A DNA stretch of 58,729 nucleotides, counting the filler, from Sphacelaria rigidula (Eukaryota): assembly GCA_964200075.2 (NCBI GenBank). It is 5 parts of 5 records of this genome, joined end to end, with 100 filler letters (N's around TTAATTAATTAA, not from the genome) between each part and the next. Parts side by side here need not be neighbours in the genome. Positions count along the whole stretch, not along the records: positions 35,300 to 46,964 come from CAXNAA020004648.1; positions 47,065 to 58,729 come from CAXNAA020004649.1; 3 more parts are not named here. One strand, 5' to 3'. Every line of letters begins with the position of its first letter. The stretch's first letter is position 1. Both the position numbers and the translations under genes were made by a program. Positions 35,510-47,590 of the stretch are shown here, piece after piece. The notes beneath the pieces were generated by a model, which did not search any database, was not told the origin of the DNA, and saw only the letters and a program-made list of their open reading frames with translations.

Positions 35510-38500
35510 TAAACCGTCACAGACGGCTGCAACAGCGCTTTCTGCATATTCGGCAACTTGGTCTGGTTGGACCGACGAGTCGCAGCTATCGATGCCAAGT
35601 GCTGGAGGGCAGCCCTGGCGTCAGGCGACTCTTGGGACCGAACAGGGTTCTTCGGTAGGCGTGGTATCTGTCGATCGCAAGGCTGAATGCTTACGCACAG
35701 GTGTATCCTTGCCTGGTTCTGTAAGTTCGTTCATGGCCCGCGTTATTCTGGATTCTGGGTCCGCGCTCACGTCGATCGGTGTGGGGTTACTAGAACAGAT
35801 GTCTTCGCAGTTACGCGCCGCTCAGCTTCAGATTCCGTTCGAAAACGGACCGAAAACGGCGCAGACCGCCACGGGTGCTCCCGTGATTGTTACACACAAT
35901 ACGGTGCCAATTACTGTCAGCGTGCGTACGCCGTGGGGGGCTGTACAGTTGCAGCCCATTACGTTTGCTGTCATGCCCGGTAGGGACAACGTGGTTCTAT
36001 TTGAGATAGCGATTATGAAGGAGCTTGGGGTTGATTTGCATCCGCTGGCGTTGGAGAAGTTACGTTCGCGTGCTGTGCCGGTGCAAACCGGCGGGGAAAA
36101 CGCCAGTTACCTTGCTGCAAGGCGTGTGATCGTACCCATACGGTCATTCCAGAGCGCCAATTAGGAGAAGGCTCCTGCTGATGAAGCGGTAGAGCGCTTG
36201 GCCGATCTGGGGTCGGATATGTTCATGGGCCCAGCGGAGGAAAGATGTGCCAGAGGACATGCACTTGAGGATAGCGTGCAGCAGGCCGAGCAGAAGGGCC
36301 TGAGCGCCGATGGAGCACATCGTCTACGCGATATTTTGGCTCGTCGCGTAGATACACTTCGTCGTGCGCAACGTGGTGATCCGCCAGCGCGCGTGCAGCC
36401 AATGAAGGAGGCTGTGAAGGCCAAGCCTTGCCGCTGCGATCCGGTGAAGACTGTGTGGCTTGCTTCATGCATCGCAGTTTTGGTGGCATTTGGTTTGTTG
36501 GTTGGGAATATTCAACCTGTGAGGGCGCGTCCGGCGATGGCGGTGCCGAAGAGGGACACATTTCGTTTGGTCAGCGACTATCAGGCGGTGAACGCGCAAG
36601 TGGAACAGTCTCCGGGGGTGATACCAAGCCATGAAGACACGCGGAAGTTGCTGGGAGCCCAACAACAATATTGGTATGTCAGTGGACACATTCCTGGAGA
36701 GCGCAATTGTTGGGGAGATCTATTGTCTCGCTGGGTGCAGGTTCCTACCGTGCCTGTTCGTTCTGTTGCCGTGTACAGCCCGTGTTATACCGATGATTCG
36801 CTGCCCTCGTTAGATGTCATTCGTACCGCGCAGCGCAAAACAGTCGGCGAAGGTGTTCCTTCTTTTCCTACGACTTTTGGTCAAGCTGCCTTGGCTGACG
36901 ATGGTTTGTTTCGCGTGCGTGTTGGCAGTAGTGATGGTTTGTGGATCCCGTCGGATAATAAGGCTCTACAAACTCGCTTGATGGTGTGCGTTCATATGCG
37001 GTCGGCTGGTCACCGTGCTAGGGTGCCGACTCTGTTTCGTTTGAAATAATACTCTGTGTGGCCTCACATGGATTCCCACGTTATCGAGTTGGTTCGCCAG
37101 TGTTTGCATTGTGTAGCTGGTGCGATTGTACCCCGTCCGTATGGCGACACTGTGCATGATACTGCGCCAGGTGAAGTTGTTCACTTTGATTTTCTGTACG
37201 TCGGAAGTAGCGGACCTGAAGGTGCTAATGGTTTGCCTGAGGAGGATGGTTTTCGGTACGTTTTTGTCATCATGGATTATGTGCCCAATTTCGTTTGCTT
37301 GAAGCCGATCGAGGCTTGCACCGCCGAGGTTACGGCTAAGTACTTGCTCCATTGGTGCAAGACTTTGGGGGTGCTGCGTGTTTGGGTCAGTGATACCGCC
37401 ACGCACTTCAAGAATCGAGTGATCCCGCAGCTGAGCGATGTGCTCGAGGTGCAACACCAATTTACTGTTGCGTGTACCCCTTGGTCGAATGGTGCTTGTG
37501 AACTCATGGTGAAAGAGGTTATTCGTGCGTTGTGATCTATTTTGTTGGAACAGCGATGGCCTGTGTCTGAATGGGTTGATGTTTTGCCAGCTGCTCAGTG
37601 GGCGTTGAATACTCCTTTTCGTGAACGTTACCGTAACACTTCGTATTGTGTGATGTTTGGGCATACGCCGCGTACAGTGTTTTCCGCGCTGGCTTACGTC
37701 ACGGGCGGCGAGTGGAACGTCGATGTCATGCATGCTGCTTCGTTGCGTAACAAGGTTCGAGGCGTGGTTGACGAGCAAGTGCGGTTTTGTAACGAAGTGC
37801 AAGCTGCTGTCGTGGTGTCTCGCGAAACCAAACGCAAGCTTGCTCAAGGCCAGGCTGTGTTGCCCAAGTTTGCAGTTTGCGATTTCGTTCTGTATGCCCG
37901 TGTTCGGTGGTAAGGTGTGACGCCCAAGTTGGTGTCCACGTGGACAGGTCCGTGACGAGTGGTCGGAGCTGATCACGCTCGTGTGTATTCGGTGCAGAAG
38001 AGTGTTTCTGGCGCCGTGCACTCTGCCCACGTCGCTCGTTCACGTTTCTATGCTGACTCACAGTTACTCATCACTGCGGAACTAAAATATGTATTTCAGC
38101 ATTCGTATGCCCAAGGTGAATCTCGGATGAATGCTTCGGTACACGTCGCTGCGGATGACAATGGTGATGCCATTTTTTTGGTCGATTGGGAAGGGTTCGG
38201 CGCTGAAGAACGTACGTGGGAGCCCCTTCGCGAGATATATTCTTCTGCGCCTGACGTTGTTTTGAAGGAACTGCGTAAAACGCGGTTGACTTGGGCGCTG
38301 ACCGGTAAATTAGCGTCAGAGTATGGTATTTCTTTGTGATCTGGCGCATGCGATTTCGCCTTGGTTTTTGTTGGCTGTCAACCTCGTTCGTTTGTCTTGC
38401 ACTCGCCTTGGGGGTACTGTAGCCAAATGATACCAACCCGTAGGTTTCAGTAAAATGCATGATTGGAGCAGTGGCAGGAAACAGGGGCTCCTGGAATAAT

Positions 38501-38670
38501 AACCCTCATCTTTGTGGCCCCTTGCTGTCTAGCTCTTGATGTGGTCTGTAGGCGATCGCTCCGTGATATGAACAAGTGAGAACAAGGGACTTGTCGAGCA
38601 CGAGGCCACTGCTACTGGAGAAGTCCCTCGTGGATAATCGTTTTGTCCACATCGTCTGGTAGAGGCTACA
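35510..38670 (+). mobile_element. Ty3/Gypsy chromodomain-bearing LTR retrotransposon, 5'-truncated, RT/RNase H deleted, decayed
   Basis: Protease VILDSGS; RT start FRLVSDYQAVN fused to RNase H end HIPGERNCWGDLLSR; integrase HHCC, VHFDF, VSDTATHF, SNGACE; WTGP; chromodomain FLVDWEGFGAEERTWEP; in-frame stops at 36164, ~37049, 37535, 37913. Confidence 0.9.
38418..38670 (+). repeat. 3' LTR of the chromovirus-like element
   Basis: TGTAGCC...GGCTACA inverted termini, preceded by a G-rich PPT-like tract (TTGGGGGTAC). Confidence 0.75.
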
Positions 38671-39409
38671 AGCTATGTGATTGGCCTAGAGAGCAGAAGA
38701 CAGAATACTGTGCACAAATAGGACTCATGTATCAAGAAAATGTTTCTGTTGAAAAGTGTCTTTATGGCTCTTCTGTGAGGAAGGCGTACCGCTAGAGTAG
38801 TCAGAGACCCACGGGGGGAGACTGCCGTCCTGATGCCGAACTCCGAGGCTAGCAATGATTTCCTCTTGTATATGTAGGCAAAAAAAGTGGGGTCAGAGTA
38901 GGAGTGGTCGCCAGAGACGACCAGGATCTCGGAGGATGTTGGACGGTCCTAATATTAGGCTCTTCCTGGCATCAACCCGAGTTGTCTTGTTACGTCGGCA
39001 TTACAGGGTCCTCGGTAATCAGGTCCTTCCGGACCGTTCCTACCTTGACCCTGCTTGCGCTGGGTCTGCATACATGTGTGGCATCAGTCCCTGATATGTC
39101 ACTACAAAAAGGTATCCTCCACATATCATTTCCCTTTAAGCGCCTCAAGCCCATCGAGGCTATGGCTGGTGGGACGAGGCGATCGTCAGCTTCGCTGATG
39201 ATATAATCATGGAGGTTTCTTTGAGTGACAATCATTGATTGAGTCGCGCCACCACTAACCGCAGAGGTAGCTCTTCTCTATACTGTGGTATTGAGTAAAC
39301 ACACCCAGTAATTTTTGGCCACCTTTGGTCAGTAACAGTGCATGTATTTCAACCCCTCTTTTGCCTTTTTCATGTAGCTGTCATATGTGACATGTCTCCA
39401 TCAGATATA

Positions 39410-40210
39410 TTTGCACTTGGGTGCTAGTTGCTTCTGCTGGTATGCATGACTGGGCACTGGGACACTGATCGGTCCACGGGCGCCTGGGTTATTCTTTCCC
39501 GGGTTCTGGGATACCTTCGGTTCCGCGGACACCTGAGTAGGGCTAAGTCTCGGGTTAATAACAAGGCGGTGTTGAAGATACATATATGTATATTTTGTTT
39601 TTAACCTGGGAGCATTGTGCTCTCTTGGCCAAGCACCGTCAAAATGATCCTTGTTTCTTGTGTTGTGCCAAATACCTGCATCATGTGTGACCCATTTTTC
39701 ACGGGATGCTTTTGCACCTTGGTGCAGGCTTCATCAGTTGGGTATACCCGACTAGGCACTGGGACACCGACCGGTCCACGGGCGCTCGAGGTATTCTTGC
39801 CCGGGTTCTGGGATGCCTTCGGTTTCACTGACACCGGAGTATAGGACGAAGCCCTCGCGTTAGTACCAAAACGGTGGATCTGGTGTTTATCTTGCGAGCA
39901 TTGTGCTCTTTCGTGAAACATCGACATGATCTTTGCTTCATATAATTTGTGTCATATAAGTGTGTCCCATGTGATCTATTTCCAAAAGATGCGAGGCACT
40001 TTGGTGCTGGATGCATCTGCTGCTTCTACATGCCTGGGCACTGGGGCACTGATCGGTCCACGGGCGCCTGGGTTTTTCATGTCCGGGTTCTGGAATACCT
40101 CCGGTTCCGCTGACACCGAAATAATGTAACGTCCTCGTGTCAGTAACAAAGCCGTGGATACGATGTTTTCGGTCTGTGAGCGTTGTGCTTTCTTGTCTGA
40201 ACATCGACAA
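39410..40210 (-). repeat. Three diverged ~290-300-bp tandem units inside the LTR element
   Basis: Unit cores GGCACTGGG.CAC.GA.CGGTCCACGGGCG at ~39453, ~39755, ~40037. Confidence 0.85.
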
Positions 40211-40384
40211 AATCATCAGCACTACCCCGATTGCTGAGAGGTTATCTTCCTTGGGAAGTTGCACCCCAGTCCACGTTGACATGTCAGATATTTTTCCGTT
40301 CATGTCTGCATTGTTCTAACGTCGTTTTTCGTTTTTTTCTCTTGTGACTCTCCTTGATCTCCGAATTGTGAACCCGGGCTACTG

Positions 40385-40733
40385 CTCAACCCTTGAGCGT
40401 TTTGCTAGGACGCTCGAACAGTCTGTTGAACAGTCACATCCGTTTCCGTTACCCGGTATTTTCGGATTTCGACTCCGGATGTGACCGCTTTGCTAACCAG
40501 ATGTCATGACGGTATATATTGAGGAGGTATTTACCTTGTGATGTTTCGTCAGCTCGATAGGTTAGGTCAGCTGCTGGGCTGTAGCGTTTGAGTCTCATTA
40601 GTCTCCGAATTTTTGAGCTCAGGTTACCGCTCAACCCTTGAGCGTTTTGCTAGGACGCTCGAACAGACTGTTACACAGTAACATCCGTTTCCGTTTCCCT
40701 GTAGTTTTGGATTCCGAGTCCGGATGTGAGCAG
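40385..40733. repeat. ~105-bp direct repeat, period ~245 bp
   Basis: GCTCAACCCTTGAGCGTTTTGCTAGGACGCTCGAACAG... at 40385 and 40629. Confidence 0.85.
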
Positions 40734-43260
40734 TCAGCTAACCCTTTGTCAAAGTCCGGTGCCGGCGCTGTTTCTCGCGGGTGATATTTCTTCAAATGAG
40801 CGAGATGTACTGACGTTTCTCTAGAGTCGTCGCCTATTTTGATCATGTACACAACCGGCGATCGTCTCTCGGTTACCATGAAAGGCCCTTTCCATGTAAA
40901 TTGGAGTTTTGGGCTCGGCCTTCCTGAGCCCTTTTATGGTGGGTACAAGAGTACCTTCTGACCGGGTTTGAACACCGGGAAAGACTTGAATTTGTTCTTG
41001 TTTTCTTGCTTGTTCGCTATTCTCGTAGAACTTGTCTCGCAATTTCAAATCCACACTGTAGGTTTTCCCGTGTTTCTTTGGAAAATTCTTCGGGTGTTGC
41101 TGCTTGGCTCTCTTCGGTATGCCGAGTATAATGTCAATTGGTGGTCTGGGCTGTTCTCCGAACAACAAAAAATACGATATCTCCTGTACTGTACTGTGAT
41201 AGGCTGTGTTATACGCCATTTTGAAGAACGGAAGTACGGGTGCCCAATTTTTGTTTCCAAATGACCTATGCATAGCTAATATCGCGTGCATAGTGGAGTG
41301 GATTCGTTCCGACACTGAATTACTTTGCGGGTGTAAAAGTGCCGTGCGAGGTATAAAGAAACCCAGCTCCTGTTGTCATGCATGTGTTAGCTTGTTTCCG
41401 GTTTCGGTTCTTTAATTCGAACGCAGCTTGCCCGGGATGCCAAATGCAGTAAAGACTCTGTCAATTATAGCTTTGGCTATATTGATGTGGTCTGTTTTTT
41501 CGGCACCGGAATGAGCTAAGCATACCTTGTGAGGTGGTCCAATACGGACATTACATATTTACCAAGTACTCCAGCGTTTGACATCGAAGTTGTTTTGCAT
41601 TCGACTAGGTTTGCCGGCACTCTTTCGTATAGCCGTCCTACCGTAACGTGTCTCATCGGCAAACTTTGGCCGGTTGGGGACCGTTTTCCGGCGTTGGCAG
41701 CCCTGACATAGCGTACGCATGTCCGGAATAATATGAAGTTTCTCCGTTCTTGTCTCTTATCATTATCATCAAAGTTTTTCCGGGGTGTACATGTGGGCTC
41801 GACAGGTTGGTGATTTGTACCATTCCGTTTGATTCGTTGCCGACCCCGTGCACCCTGTCTTTGCTACCATGATGCGCGTGAATGCTTGGGGTACCTCGGG
41901 TGATCGAATGTTTTCTTTGGTTTTATGCGAGGCTCCACGACAGCTGCTGCTGTTGTTGACGGGGTATTTTCCGTCAAACTAATACTGCCATCTCACTCTG
42001 CGGAGGCACATTGCATTTCTTCGTGAGAAAACTGAAACAGCGTTTGAACAGTTCACACTGACTACAGAACAATGCGCCGTTTTGGGGTGTGTTGCATTTT
42101 GTGAACGCTGTTGTTTTCGGTGCGATGCTTTGATTTTTATACCCGAGTCACGGAATGTCAACTCTTCCGCTTGCCAGTCGAGTATAGCTTGGAAAGCACT
42201 CATCGTGGAGTCCCAGGTTAGGTAATACAAACGCCTCTCCTGGTAAGGTTTTTATCCCCAAAGTTCGAAACGAATGAACCCCTGGATTGTTTCTATGGGT
42301 GAGCCGGTTGTGCTTCTCAAATCCGTAGATCCCGGCGGTACTGGCTTCATATCAGCTGCCATGATGGCCAAGTGTTCATCGATGAAATTCTGCTGATACC
42401 CTGTACATCCTGCTGCGGAACCGATTGTGTGTTTTTCAGCGAGGGTACCGTTTACTCTGGCTGCGACTCTAACGCGGGCTGGTGCACAGGATAGCGCCAG
42501 GGGCGCATCTGTATACCTGGCGGGTGATGATGCGTCGTATGAGTCATAACAGTGATCGTCCGAGATCGGGTTGCAAGGGGGAGACTGGTCTTTTGATTTG
42601 GAATCAACAGCTCCTGTTTATAACATCGCTGTTCTTCTGGCTGCCGGTTGGAATTTGTCCGCGTGGAAGGTAACGTTAACGATTCATTGGGGTACGGCGG
42701 AGAATGTGCATGATGAGAGCCTCCACAAGCTGAGCTTCAATTTCGGCGATGATAGCCTCTTGTGTGGTGTAATACGTTTTCCACGGCTGCTCTGACGGCT
42801 GCTTAGGAACCACCCCACATCGTGCTCTTTCCAGCTTCTGCTCCTAGTTTGTACTTTCACATCCGAACTGAGGACTGTTTTGGTGCCCTTCTGGAGGAGT
42901 GGGTTACTGTACTGATCGAGAAACCCGTATTCCTCCGATATGTTTTCTTCACTTGACGGTTGACACTTTTCTCCATTTCATGCGTGATGTGGTGTGGGAT
43001 CTTGAACTGTCTGTCGTTTTCAACTTTCCTCAGCTTGTGGGCTGGGATGTGGTAAGACCACCCGATACACCTCCTTTCGCTCGGTACATGGTGGGGAATG
43101 ACAAGGTCGTGCATTCGCAGGTTGGGCAACTTGTTTGTTGATGCTACTTCGAGTCACCGCGTTTCCAGAGGTCGGCCTGCTTGAGTAATTGCCGTGCCTT
43201 TCGCGCGGTGGTGGTGGAAGGTTGGTTGATAAGTGTGGACTCGCTGTTCAATCAGCCGTT

Positions 43261-43430
43261 CTGGTGACATAATGCACGTTGAAGAGACTAATTTCGCGTT
43301 TTCGCTGTTTGACTAGCCGTACTGGTGACATATACTGCACCCTGAGGAGTCTAACTTCGCGTTTCGCTCTTTGACTAGTCACGCGGGTGATACATAAATG
43401 CACATTGAGTGGGCTAATTTCGCATTGATC
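43261..43430. repeat. ~62-bp tandem repeats in the LTR-element leader
   Basis: About 2.7 diverged copies of CTGGTGACATA..TGCAC..TGA..AG.CTAA.TTCGCG. Confidence 0.7.
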
Positions 43431-44619
43431 CAAACACATGAATCCAATAACCTCCCAACTCGAAAAAATAAGCACATGACCCATAGGTTTCACCTGGAGT
43501 AGTGTTCCTTGGAGGACCCTAGTATTTCCGGTGTCGAGGAGCAGGTGGTTCTCGCTCCAATGTTTCACCTCTAAGACCTGTCTTGTTTGAGTTCTGTTCT
43601 GGTGTCGCCAGTGTGAGAAAGGCGTACCACTAGAGTAGTCAGAGACCCACGGGGGGAGACTGCCGTCCTGATGCCGAAGGAACTCCAATGTTGGCGATGA
43701 TTTCCTCTTGTATATGTAGGCAAAAAAAGTGGGGTCAGAGTAGGAGTGGTCGCCAGAGACGACCAGGACCTCGGAGGATGTTGGACGGTCCTAATATTAG
43801 GCTCTTCCTGGCATCAACCCGAGTTGTCTAGTTACGTCGGCATTACAGGGTCCTCGGTAATCAGGTCCTTCCGGACCGTTCCTACCTTGACCCTGCTTGC
43901 GCTGGGTCTGCACACATGTGTGGCATCAGTCTCTGATATGTCACTACAAAAAGGTATCGTCCACACTTCGTCTTTTTCCGCCCGAAATGAGGGCTACGCA
44001 AGTTTTGACACCTGGGAATGACTTGCTCTACTCGAGAGCGTTCCAGGGCACCTTTGCATTTTCCGTTGATCAAATTCATGTCCTTGGCCCAACTTGCATT
44101 TTCAATTATCACGGCCAGCTCATCAAGAAACAGGAGAAAGTAGTCGATTTTTTTCGTAACTTGATCGTTTGTGGTTGAAAGAAGTTTGGCCAACGAGTAG
44201 AGGATGTCATTCCAGCGTGTCAACATCCGTTCCACCCTCTTCTCAGGTAAAAAACGAGGGAGGAGGACTCAAAAGGCACGTTTCAACAAGAAACATCTTT
44301 GCTCGACACGCAAGGAGTGGCATTACCTGGGAACTTGGGTGATCGTATGCTCATTTTCTCGCTCGATTGTACCTCAACAAACAGTACCTGGAGTTTGACG
44401 AGCGGCACAGAACGATATTCCGCAAAGCACCGATGACAGACTTCGGAGACGAGAGAGCCTATGGACCGTCCAAACCAGGCAAGGAAGTGCCATGTGCGAC
44501 GTATTTTCTCTCTTGAAATGGGTGGTGTTGAGTAAACACCAGTAACGTTGGATGGCTGTCCGTTGGGACACGTTCGGGAGAGAGACCCTGCGGCAAAGGC
44601 TGCGGCAAAGGCTCGAGCT

Positions 44620-44921
44620 GTGGGCTTGGCGGCCGCCTTCTTAGGAGCAGCCTTGTTTACGGCAGGCTTTTTCTCGACGACTTTCTTCTTGGGTGTGCCA
44701 TCCGCTTTCTTGGTCACGATCTTCTTGACTTTCTTCCTCGGGGTGCCATCTGCCTTCTTGGTGGCTGTCTTCTTCACGACTTCCTTCTTCACCACCTTCT
44801 TCGGGGTCTTCTTCACCTCTTTCTTTTTGACGGGCTTCTTCACCACCTACTTCACTACTTTCTTCTTTGGCTTCGGCGCCAGCTTCTTCGCCTCGGCCGA
44901 CAGCTTGTAGGAGCTCTTCAC
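44620..44921 (-). pseudogene. Linker histone H1 C-terminal exon, pseudogenised fragment
   Basis: Acceptor tgtgtgtccag|GTG AAG AGC TCC TAC AAG CTG (VKSSYKL, end of the H1 globular domain) then a K/A/P/V tail with KKADGTP repeats; in-frame TAG at 44849-44847; no globular-domain exon found upstream. Confidence 0.75.
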
Positions 44922-45167
44922 CTGGACACACATGCATCATTTGCAGTACAATCGTAGACGGGCAAGTCGGCATGGACTTGGGTGCGCCTCCGCACCCCGG
45001 CGACACTCGCGTCTACTCTCCACAGCGAATGAAGAACACGGTTGCTATACAGAATGGTTCACGCTCATCACCCAAAATTATGTCATGAGCATGTGCCTTT
45101 CGCGATATCTTTCCAAAAGCCGCATACATGATATCATACTGACCGCCATGGGCAGCCGAAGAGCGTG

Positions 45168-46070
45168 ACATAGCCGGATTTGTGTGAAAAGCTCTAGTGG
45201 TGGCGCTATGGGCTAACTGGTATATCGACCAATCAGCGCCCGTCAGATTATTGGAACCACGAATTCCAAGCCCAATTTTTACCCAATCTTCACATGCTTT
45301 GAACTATTGTGACCGTCATCGGCTCGGGAATTTAACGAAAAAAACATATTCCGGAACGGTTACCACGGGGGTCGAATTATACCCGAAACCGTGATGTTTC
45401 AGTCATGTCAGGTGTTGACTAATTTCCACTAATGATACGCACGAAAGACGCAGGGAGCCTTGTGATGGTGTCCCGTATATCTGTTGTAGAAAAATTCAGA
45501 TCGCTTTATAACTTGCAGTTCCGTAAATATTGATGCTGCAGATGGCAAAAATGTATTCTCGACATCATTTCATGGCTACTCCATTCTCTACCGGCTTCCG
45601 GGGGTCCCGGTATGAAGACCCCCGGAAGATACAGAATGTCCAATAGAAAAATAATGATATGGTGCGTCCAGGGATAGTCCAAGAAACACATATACAAAGC
45701 TTGGTGGAAAACTATGCGCAACTTTCCGTAGACGAGATTATCTGTTCCCTGTATTTTTCACCGATTTCCGGTGGTGCGACGGGATCCAAGTCGTTTTCGA
45801 GTTAGTCTCTATTTTGGGACCCCGGAAAACCGGCATCTCGCTTTTTCTATTTTTCTCGCACGATTTGTCGCCGCATAATCCAAGGGGGGGCTCCACAAAA
45901 TTTCGTCGCAAAACTCGATCAACTGATGGTTGAATTTCCACGTTCACGTCAAAGAATGCCCAAAAACGCCGATTTGGTACAAAAATCGAGTAGTTTGCGG
46001 TTTCACCTCGGTACGTCAAGGTTTATCGCACAAAAGCGAAAAACCTCACGCCGTGTTGAGGAGTTTGGCC
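45168..46070. repeat. Large dispersed repeat, probably a non-autonomous DNA transposon
   Basis: Colinear similarity to ~48982-50000; partial copy ~46527-46835. Confidence 0.7.
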
Positions 46071-46964
46071 GTTACTTTCGGTTTTTTTCCCCATCGTTTT
46101 TTGCAACAAATCATTTCCTAGGCACCAAATGTGTGAGGAAAAAATACCGCTAGGAAAAGAGTATGAGATGTTGAAGATGTATTCTTGAGGGGGGTGGGTA
46201 CCTAAAGAGTGGGAAGATACCACAATTGCGATCAGCGGATTTCAAAGGGATGAGCAGGCCAAGGCGAGGTACAAAGACCGAAAGACTCCGCCATGCCAAG
46301 CTTCCTGCGTCTGTGTACCAAGTGAAAAAAAAACTTCCCCGATCGCTGCTGGCCCGGCCCGCACTGTGCCTTCACTGACATCTTCAATCTATACTGCCAT
46401 ATGTTGTACAAGCTGGTTCAGATTGAATACTCAAAATTTATTCCCCGGCTGATGACGAACGCAACACCCAGCCAAAATGCACAAATAAATGTGGTTTCAT
46501 ACTGCCCGCAATGAATAGACATGGTGACAGCCATATTTACGTTCAAGACTATAGCGGTGGCGCTATCGACTAAAGTATGTTTCGACCAATCAGCGCCTTT
46601 CAAACTGTTCCGAAATAGAAAACACGAATTCCAAGCCCAATTTCCACCGAATTACGCAACTACAAGGTTTCAAGCTTTTTTGTTCACAGTTTTTCGGGGG
46701 TCCGATTGGATCGATGTTTTCTCGCAAAATTGGGACCCCCGAAAAACGGTGAATAAAGTAAAAAAGTAAAAAACCTCGATTTTCGAGAGTTGCGCAATAC
46801 CCATGAAACATCTGTGCAAAATTTCAGGGTCCAATCAGGAGTGCCCAAAAACAATGCGAGGCCCTATGCCGATTTCTGAGTCCTAGGTGTTTTCGGGAGG
46901 TGTACTCATGATCATGCATGCCATAGTCATCAGACCATTGACCTCGCATCCCTACAAAGCCGGG

Positions 46965-47064
46965 NNNNNNNNNNNNNNNNNNNNNNNNNNNNNNNNNNNN
47001 NNNNNNNNTTAATTAATTAANNNNNNNNNNNNNNNNNNNNNNNNNNNNNNNNNNNNNNNNNNNN
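46965..47064. other. Artificial contig linker
   Basis: N44-TTAATTAATTAA-N44. Confidence 0.98.
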
Positions 47065-47379
47065 CCCCATATTTTGTATGAACCCCAAAATATAAAATCG
47101 GCCGTTATGAAGTTTTTTTTTTCGTGAGTTAAGGGCAATAATCAGTTTTCATGTTTCAGCAAAACGCCCTTGACTCACGAAAAAAGAAACTTCATGCGCT
47201 TCTTCCCTATTTTTCATTATTATGCCCTGTGCATTATCCACGCCGAATTTCAGGGTCTAACTTCAAATATTGCCCGGCGCATTCGCCTGCAAACTTTCAA
47301 GCAGCCTCTAGGCTGGCCGAGCTCGTACTGCATATTTTCTTTCCGTTTTTTTGTTTTCGATCGACCATTTCTCTCTGTG

Positions 47380-47590
47380 CTTTTCTTTTTTTATTGATTT
47401 TCATTTGTTTTAAATTGTTTTCGTTTTACCTCTTAGTCTACCATGTCGTTCTGTTCGTTTTTTTTTTTCTGTCTTCTTTCACGGAGTGTTTCAGTTTTTT
47501 TGTTCTCTCTTGGGTACATCTATCATGTGACCACGGCTAGATCCTGGGGGAAAAGCTAAAATGCCACTACCAATCAATCAATCTATCAAT
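47380..47590 (+). mobile_element. Non-LTR retrotransposon 3' end with (CAAT)n tail
   Basis: CTTGGGTACATCTATCATGTGACCACGG...CCAATCAATCAATC. Confidence 0.65.

Larger units (their letters stand above)
38774..43965 (-). mobile_element. Ty3/Gypsy LTR retrotransposon with both LTRs, non-autonomous (no RT/RNase H seen)
   Basis: LTRs 38774-39123 and 43612-43965 (TG...CA), 4-bp TSD CTTC, PBS-like TGGCGACACC next to the 5' LTR, PPT-like AAAGGGAAATGATA; decayed integrase (HPQSNSVSER, MAYNTAYHST, YFLLFG, WKGPF, VHLAHLKKY) and protease-like region ~42000-42480. Confidence 0.9.

Noticed and set aside
38855-39235. ORFs duplicated at 43746-44021
   Set aside because: They lie within the two LTRs.
44283-44620. 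C-terminal extension of the H1-like ORF
   Set aside because: Composition changes abruptly after AAAKP; read-through into flanking DNA.
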